Of a stretch of 64,000 nt of DNA, positions 58,065 to 64,000 are shown piece after piece. Made by a program: the position numbers and the translations under genes. Each line of letters starts with the position of its first letter. Within the stretch, counting starts at the first letter, position 1. Origin of the DNA: Promethearchaeota archaeon (lineage in GTDB: Archaea; Asgardarchaeota; Lokiarchaeia; Sigyniarchaeales; SOKP01); assembly GCA_048937405.1 (NCBI GenBank), contig JBHLNF010000002.1, positions 160,001-224,000 of the forward strand, in the 5' to 3' direction. Under the pieces are notes generated by a model that had not been told where the DNA came from, made no database searches, and worked only from the letters and a program-made list of their open reading frames with translations.

Positions 58065-59828
58065 CTATGTATTTTGTCCTATTTTACTTTTCGATGTTTG
58101 TTTTTGATATAAAGTTTCATAGATTTGTTTATATAAAACATTTGCTCTAATTAATTCATCATGAGTCCCATAACCTACAACACGGCCTCTATCTAAAATT
58201 AAGATATAATTTACCCCTCTAATCGTTGAGATTCTCTGTGTTATAATTATGGAAGTTATACCTTTCATAATTCTTGCCAAAGCTTGTTGTATTTTATATT
58301 CGGTTTCTACATCAACAGAACTGGTGCTATCATCAAGAATTAATATCTTAGGTTGTGTTAAAAGAGCTCTTGCTATTGATAAACGTTGCTTTTGACCTCC
58401 TGATAAACGTGTACCTCTTTCTCCCACAATTGTGTCATAACCCTTAGGTAGATTAACAATAAAATCGTGTAAATCAGCAATTTTAGCAGCTTCAATTATT
58501 TCATCCCTAGAAGCATTCTTATTACCATATGCTATGTTTCCTGCTATTGATTTATTAAATAGGAAGGTTTCTTGAGAGACAATTCCAATATTTTTACGTA
58601 AATCCGCTAGTAAATAATTTTTAATATCATTTTGATCAATTTTAATAGTTCCTTCATTCACCTCGTAGAATCGTGGAATTAAATTTATAATAGTGGATTT
58701 ACCTGATCCTGTTGTGCCTAAGATAGCAAGTTTTTTTCCAGAAGGAATTTTAAATGTAACATTCTTTAAAATACGATGATCAGGTGTATATCCAAAACTG
58801 ACATTTTCAAAATCAATATCCCCTTTTAAATTTGATATTGGTAATGCATTAGGAAGATCTTTAATTTCTGGACTGGAATCTAAAATATCTCTTACCCTAG
58901 TAAGCGCGGCATCAGCTTGAATATAAATCAGCATCATCTGACCTAGCATCATCAAAGGAAATCCCAGTGAAGCAATATAGCTAAGAAGAGTAACAATTGT
59001 ATCTAATCTCATTGTACCATTTATAAACCCACTGCCACCTATAAATAAGAGTAAAACTGTCATGATACCAATGATTATATAAATTGAGGGCAAATTAAGT
59101 GAATTATATTTAACGGATTTAACACTAGCATTATAGAACCTATTATTGTTTTCTTTAAATTTTTGAAGTTCTTTATCTTGCATACTAAATATCCGTACTA
59201 CTTGAGCACCAATAATATTTTCCCTTATTGTCGAGGTTAAATCACCAAAACTGTTTCTTGTTTCTAAAAATATTGGTTTTAATTTTTTAGCAATATAATA
59301 TGATAATACAAGAGAAATACTAATTGCTGAAACTAAAATAATTGATAAATCAAAATTAAAAGCAAAAAAGCCAATAATAATTCCACTTATCTGAAGACTT
59401 GATTGAAAACCAAGTATTAACCCCATACCAAAAATTTGACGTGTTTCTTCAATATCACTTGTAGCGCGAGAGACTAATTGACCTGTTTCAGTTTTATCAA
59501 AATATGAAAATGACTGGCGATAAATTGCATTACTAACATCATCTCGTAAATAATATAATGCTCTTGAAGATACTTCTGCCGCTTGAAATCGAGCAGCTCT
59601 ATTGAAAATATAAGTTACTATTCCACATAATAATATAATGAAAAAGTAAATTAAGAAAAATGTGATATTAAAGCTTGGAAGATTTGGATCTAATAATCCA
59701 ACCATTCTGCCTATAAAAATTGGAATGATAGTACTGAAAATCGTCGAAACTGTTAAAAAAATAAATTCCAAAATGAATTCCTTCTTCGATCTTGCCCAAT
59801 ACTTAAATATCATTCGAGCAGAATTCAT
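58065..59828 (-). CDS. ABC exporter (TMD+NBD), degenerate-site partner of a heterodimer
   Basis: GTTGSGKS, LSGGQKQR, ILDDSTS (E to D), TQR (H to Q); typical TM287/288-like pair. Confidence 0.92.
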   Translation of the reverse strand: MNSARMIFKYWARSKKEFILEFIFLTVSTIFSTIIPIFIGRMVGLLDPNLPSFNITFFLIYFFIILLCGIVTYIFNRAARFQAAEVSSRALYYLRDDVSNAIYRQSFSYFDKTETGQLVSRATSDIEETRQIFGMGLILGFQSSLQISGIIIGFFAFNFDLSIILVSAISISLVLSYYIAKKLKPIFLETRNSFGDLTSTIRENIIGAQVVRIFSMQDKELQKFKENNNRFYNASVKSVKYNSLNLPSIYIIIGIMTVLLLFIGGSGFINGTMRLDTIVTLLSYIASLGFPLMMLGQMMLIYIQADAALTRVRDILDSSPEIKDLPNALPISNLKGDIDFENVSFGYTPDHRILKNVTFKIPSGKKLAILGTTGSGKSTIINLIPRFYEVNEGTIKIDQNDIKNYLLADLRKNIGIVSQETFLFNKSIAGNIAYGNKNASRDEIIEAAKIADLHDFIVNLPKGYDTIVGERGTRLSGGQKQRLSIARALLTQPKILILDDSTSSVDVETEYKIQQALARIMKGITSIIITQRISTIRGVNYILILDRGRVVGYGTHDELIRANVLYKQIYETLYQKQTSKSKIGQNT

Positions 59829-59903
59829 TTTACCATAAAATATTATTATTTTTGATATTACTTTCTAATCATAAAAAATAGTTATTGACTTATTTCCATT
59901 TTA

Positions 59904-60086
59904 TTAAATGATCGAATGCCAATCAACAAGGATGCTTATAGATGTACTTTTCCTGACACTATTTGGACCTAATATAGCAAATATTTCACCTTTCTTTATA
60001 TTAAAACTAATATCATCAAGAGCCAAAACATTCCCTTGTTCATAGGTTTTGATTAGGTTTTGTACTTCAATTATATTCTGATTCAT
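59904..60086 (-). pseudogene. Truncated ABC ATPase fragment
   Basis: IIEV.NL.K.Y...ALDDISF.IKKGEIFAILGPNSVRKST: decayed Walker A, stop at 60 aa. Confidence 0.8.
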
Positions 60087-60089
60087 CCT

Positions 60090-60656
60090 TTATTTTCCTT
60101 TTACCATTTCTTTTAATTTATCTATTCTTTCTCTTATTCTTTGAGATTTTTCTTCTAGTTTTTTCATATCTAGAGAAATTTTCAATTTTTGAAGTTCAAG
60201 AAACTCTAATTGTTCTTCCTCTGATTTCTCATCTAATCTATCTAACATCAGTCTAAGTGGACTGATTTGATGAAATCCCTTTGGTAATTCACCTCTCTCA
60301 TCGCCTAATACTGCAGTTTTTAGAGTTTCAAATGATTCTTCAATAATTTTTTGCTTTTCAAGCATCAATTTCAATGTTGCTTTACCTTTTTGCGTGATTT
60401 CATAAATTTTCCTATTCCTTCCATCCTCAACTAGTTGCTCTTTGAATGTTATTAGTTGATTTTTTGTCATAGCTTTTAGTAGTGTATACAATGTTGAAGA
60501 TGGAAGATCCCATATCCCTAAAGTACGGTTTTCAATTTCTTTACTTATTTTATAACCATAGGAAGGATTTTTCTCAAGAACTATTAAGATAAGGGAACTT
60601 ATATATGCAGTTTTCATAGAATTTTCAAATTTCTCTGCAATTTTTTCTGCCATCAT
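60090..60656 (-). CDS. PadR-family transcriptional regulator
   Basis: IL..L...PSYGYKI..EI, STLY..L, GR.RKIYEIT.KG. Confidence 0.9.
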   Translation of the reverse strand: MMAEKIAEKFENSMKTAYISSLILIVLEKNPSYGYKISKEIENRTLGIWDLPSSTLYTLLKAMTKNQLITFKEQLVEDGRNRKIYEITQKGKATLKLMLEKQKIIEESFETLKTAVLGDERGELPKGFHQISPLRLMLDRLDEKSEEEQLEFLELQKLKISLDMKKLEEKSQRIRERIDKLKEMVKGK

Positions 60657-60685
60657 AAATTCCTTAATTTTTAGAATATCTCAAG

Positions 60686-60719
60686 TTATGATATATATAA
60701 TTATTGATATATGTCATAA
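60686..60719. promoter_or_regulatory. Putative PadR operator (13-bp inverted repeat, 8-bp spacer)
   Basis: TTATGATATATAT-aattattg-ATATATGTCATAA, 12 of 13 complementary, 30 bp upstream of the PadR start. AT-rich, so a chance match is possible. Confidence 0.5.
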
Positions 60720-60941
60720 TTTAAAAATTTTTATATTATTGAAAACAAGGTTTAAGATATGTTTTTATTGCTTTTATCATCCTACAACAATTAATTTAAT
60801 ATAGTGATTTTTTATTACAGATATTTTAATACGAACTATTTAGGATTTAATAGATAAGTAATAAAATCGTTTTTTTACACATTTGATAAATTTCTGAAAA
60901 ATAAATAAATATTTTTAAAGAGAACTTGCAAATAAATTATT

Positions 60942-61709
60942 ATGGATTTAAGTTCTATTTATTCAGAATTAAGAGAACTCTTATCATTATCTGATAAGAA
61001 TTTCAATTTGGAAAAAGATATAAATCAATATTGCAAAACAGAATCAGATGAATATAAACTTGAAATCTTAGGGGATATCCTAAACTTTGTAACTAAATTT
61101 TCTTTGTTTAAGGAGATAAAACCATTTATGAACTCATTGTATATTTGTATTAGCAATACTCTCGAGATAAAACCTGACTCTATCTTTGATTTTGAAGATT
61201 TATTAATACGAAATTCAATAATACATTTTGTTCAGGAATACATAAATTATTCTAAAATTACTCAAAAAGATCAAGTCTTAAAATTTTTATCTGATTCATT
61301 TGAAAAACTTAAGATAGAACCATTAATAATGAATTTGGGATTATTACTTAAACCTATATATCAGGATCTATCTTATCTCAGTAATCTTCAAAATCTAAAA
61401 GAAGAAATAGTAACTTATAATTATTCTGATGATGTAGAAATACAAATTAAGCAAGAGATAGATACGTGGCTTAGTAAGAAACATATTAGTTTTGATACTC
61501 AAGATGATCTGAAAGAACAATTAACACAGGAATTTAAAAAAATGGTTACTAAATATAATTTAGCACTAGAACCTGAAAAATTGAAGAAATTAAAACTAGA
61601 AATCATGGAAATGTTCACAATGAAATTAACTATGATAAGTCTTATGGAACAAATCCCCGATGATTCTTTTGAGCCCATTCCTATAAAATATAATCTTATA
61701 AATCCATAA
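60942..61709 (+). CDS. Hypothetical helical protein
   Basis: 255-aa ORF, no recognised motif. Confidence 0.7.
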   Translation: MDLSSIYSELRELLSLSDKNFNLEKDINQYCKTESDEYKLEILGDILNFVTKFSLFKEIKPFMNSLYICISNTLEIKPDSIFDFEDLLIRNSIIHFVQEYINYSKITQKDQVLKFLSDSFEKLKIEPLIMNLGLLLKPIYQDLSYLSNLQNLKEEIVTYNYSDDVEIQIKQEIDTWLSKKHISFDTQDDLKEQLTQEFKKMVTKYNLALEPEKLKKLKLEIMEMFTMKLTMISLMEQIPDDSFEPIPIKYNLINP

Positions 61710-61787
61710 TTTTGTGATTATTCACATTGTACTTCTTTTAGTTTTAAATTATTTTAAGGATTAAGTAAAAATTATTAAATACGAAGT

Positions 61788-63203
61788 TTGTTATTATATT
61801 TAAAAAAATTTCAAATATTTACATACGTGAGAATTTTGGGTGAAAATGAAAAACCTTTATCTCGTGAAGAAATTGAAGAACAAAAGAGATTAGTCGACGA
61901 TCTATATAAGAAAGAAAAGGAAGAAAGAGAAATCTATTTAAAAAGCATAGAAGATGAAAGGAAAAAAGCTTTTGAAGAAGGAAAAGATAAAATTTCAAAT
62001 TTAATTGATGAGAAAGCATTTAGAATTGATCGTCAAAAAGAAACTGTGGGACAACTAAAACAATTGCATCCTGATATTGAGGGTACTGCAGAAAAAATAG
62101 AAAAATCTGTAGGGGAGAAAGCTTTTAGAATAGAAAAACAACGAGAATTAGATGATCAACGTAAAGAAATGCACCCTGATATTGAGGGAACCGCTGGAAA
62201 AATAGAAAAAACCATTGAAGAAAAGGCTTTCCAAATAGCAAAACGGAGGGAATTAGATGAACAACGTAAAAAGATTCATCCTGATTTAGATGGAGTGGGA
62301 GAAAAAATAGAGAAAACTATAGGAGAAAAGGCATTTAGGGTGGAAAAACTGCGAGAACTTGATGAACAACGTAAAAAGATTCATCCTGATTTAGAAGGAG
62401 CGGGAGAAAAAATAGAGAAAACTATAGGAGAAAAGGTATTTAGGGTGGAAAAACTACGAGAACTTGATGTTCAACGTAAAAAGATTCATCCTGATTTAGA
62501 AGGAGTGGGAGAAAAAATAGAGAAAACTATAGGTGAAAAAGCATTCAGGGTGGAAAAACTGCGAGAACTTGATGAACAGCGTGTGAATATACATCCCGAT
62601 CTAGAAGCTACTGGAGAGAAAATTCAGAAATCGATTGGAGAGAAAGCGTTCATGATGAACCGTCAGAAAGATATTATTACCCAAAGAAAAGAATTACATC
62701 CAGATATTGGAGGCACAGCAGAGAAAATAGAAAAATCTGTAGGAGAAAAAGCCTTTATGATTGATCGTCAGAAAGAAATGGTATCACAACGTATTGAATT
62801 ACATCCAGATATTGAAGGCACAGCAGGGAAAATAGAAAAATCTGTAGGAGAAAAAGCCTTTATGATTGATCGTCAGAAAGAAATGGTATCACAACGTATT
62901 GAACTACATCCAGACATTGAAGGAGTAGCAGAGAAAATAGAAAAATCAATAGGAGAGAAAGCGTTTATAAGTGATCGAAAAAAGGAAAGTGCATTTCAAC
63001 GAAAAGAACTTCATCCTGATATTGAAGGAACCAGTAAAAAAATTACTACTACAATAGAAAAACAAGTAGAACAAATTGAAGAGCAACGCAAACTTGAGGC
63101 TCATCAATTTGATATCAAAAAAGAAGCTAAAAATATTGTTGAAAAATTTAAATCTGAGGTTGATAAAATAAAAAATGATGATGATAAACAAAATAACACT
63201 TAA
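61788..63203 (+). CDS. Tandem 35-aa HPD-repeat protein (start possibly TTG at 61836)
   Basis: Ten copies of HPD(I/L)EG.(A/G)EKIEK(S/T)(V/I)GEKAF...QR.. between charged helical ends. Confidence 0.85.
   Translation: MLLYLKKFQIFTYVRILGENEKPLSREEIEEQKRLVDDLYKKEKEEREIYLKSIEDERKKAFEEGKDKISNLIDEKAFRIDRQKETVGQLKQLHPDIEGTAEKIEKSVGEKAFRIEKQRELDDQRKEMHPDIEGTAGKIEKTIEEKAFQIAKRRELDEQRKKIHPDLDGVGEKIEKTIGEKAFRVEKLRELDEQRKKIHPDLEGAGEKIEKTIGEKVFRVEKLRELDVQRKKIHPDLEGVGEKIEKTIGEKAFRVEKLRELDEQRVNIHPDLEATGEKIQKSIGEKAFMMNRQKDIITQRKELHPDIGGTAEKIEKSVGEKAFMIDRQKEMVSQRIELHPDIEGTAGKIEKSVGEKAFMIDRQKEMVSQRIELHPDIEGVAEKIEKSIGEKAFISDRKKESAFQRKELHPDIEGTSKKITTTIEKQVEQIEEQRKLEAHQFDIKKEAKNIVEKFKSEVDKIKNDDDKQNNT
62067..63020 (+). 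repeat. Coding tandem repeat, 105-bp period
   Basis: First HPD codon at 62067 and tenth at 63012, exactly 9 x 105 bp apart with no indels. Confidence 0.92.
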
Positions 63204-63207
63204 TTGT

Positions 63208-63705
63208 CTAAATATGGATGTTAAATCTAAATAAGGAGTTTAAATTCATACTTTCCAATCTTTTTTTATAGTTTAATACTGAAGGATCTACTTCTCCATT
63301 AAAATTATTTATAAAATTTTTAAACCGGAGATAGAAATCATCCACAATCTCTCGCATAATACCTCTTTCAATTTGTAGATTTGTCTTTTTCGTAATCCCA
63401 ATCGCTAAAAGTCTACCTTCTCTTTGATATAAAATTCTTGTCCCTCTAAAATTAATTTCCTGAATTTCTTCATTACTTCCTATATTTACCTCATTTATAA
63501 ATAAATTAATCGCATTTAGAAAGCTGCATATTAAGTCATCTTTTAAAAAATTTAAACCATCAGAATATCTATTACTTACGAGTAAAGCTCCTGATTCATA
63601 GTCAATGAAGTAAATTGCATGAAATCTACACTCTTGAGACTTATATCTATCAAATTCAAATCCAAATTTAGTTCCAATATCATTATAATTATTTTGAAAA
63701 TCCAT
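63208..63705 (-). CDS. Longin-like domain protein
   Basis: IYFID.ESG.LL....Y.....DDLI.SFL.AI..F..E......I.EI.F...RI pattern typical of Asgard longin-like proteins. Confidence 0.6.
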   Translation of the reverse strand: MDFQNNYNDIGTKFGFEFDRYKSQECRFHAIYFIDYESGALLVSNRYSDGLNFLKDDLICSFLNAINLFINEVNIGSNEEIQEINFRGTRILYQREGRLLAIGITKKTNLQIERGIMREIVDDFYLRFKNFINNFNGEVDPSVLNYKKRLESMNLNSLFRFNIHI

Positions 63706-64000
63706 TATTTCATCCTAAAATTAAAAAAGTATTTTATGGAGATATTATGTATTGAAAATTAGATTTATATATAAAATATAAATGTTATACTAGTATTATG
63801 GGAGTATCACCAAAGATACAATCCTGTATAATCTTTTTAATTTAGAATAAATCAAAAGCAAATAAAATTCGTTTCATTTAAAGAATAAAAAAATGAATAA
63901 AATAAAAAAGCAAAAAACTTTATATATCCTTACTCAAATATAACTTTTAATTACCATAAGGTTTTTGATTATTATGGAACCAGACAAAAGTACTCAAAAA

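Noticed and set aside
62067-63020. 105-bp repeats as a CRISPR array
   Set aside because: In-frame degenerate coding repeats with no unique spacers and no cas genes.
63974-64000. Possible gene start ATGGAACCAGAC at the window end
   Set aside because: Only nine codons are visible.

Overview
AT-rich archaeal chromosome segment, most likely from Lokiarchaeia (Asgard archaea). That assignment rests on several Rab-like small GTPases, longin/roadblock proteins, ribosomal protein eL22, aIF-2gamma, aIF-1A, Spt5, TFS, form III RuBisCO with R15P isomerase, and multiple acyl-CoA dehydrogenases. Main discovery: an unannotated intergenic stretch (34114-34296, minus strand) holds a circularly permuted 5S rRNA gene. 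The 3' two-thirds of the 5S sequence precede the 5' third, the old ends are joined by a UUAG tetraloop, and the flanks fold into a bulge-helix-bulge. Cleavage and ligation at the standard BHB sites would give a 120-nt circle that restores loop C. Second highlight: a stand-alone circularly permuted Rab-like GTPase (G3-G4-G5-G1-G2) at 20149-20826. Also present: a protein with ten 35-aa HPD repeats, three inverted acyl-CoA dehydrogenase paralogs sharing a near-identical 74-81 bp patch, a 1677-aa secreted repeat/PKD protein, a membrane-anchored polyproline protein, and several pseudogenes. I found no CRISPR array, tRNA or transposase. All calls come from reading motifs by eye; no database searches were run.
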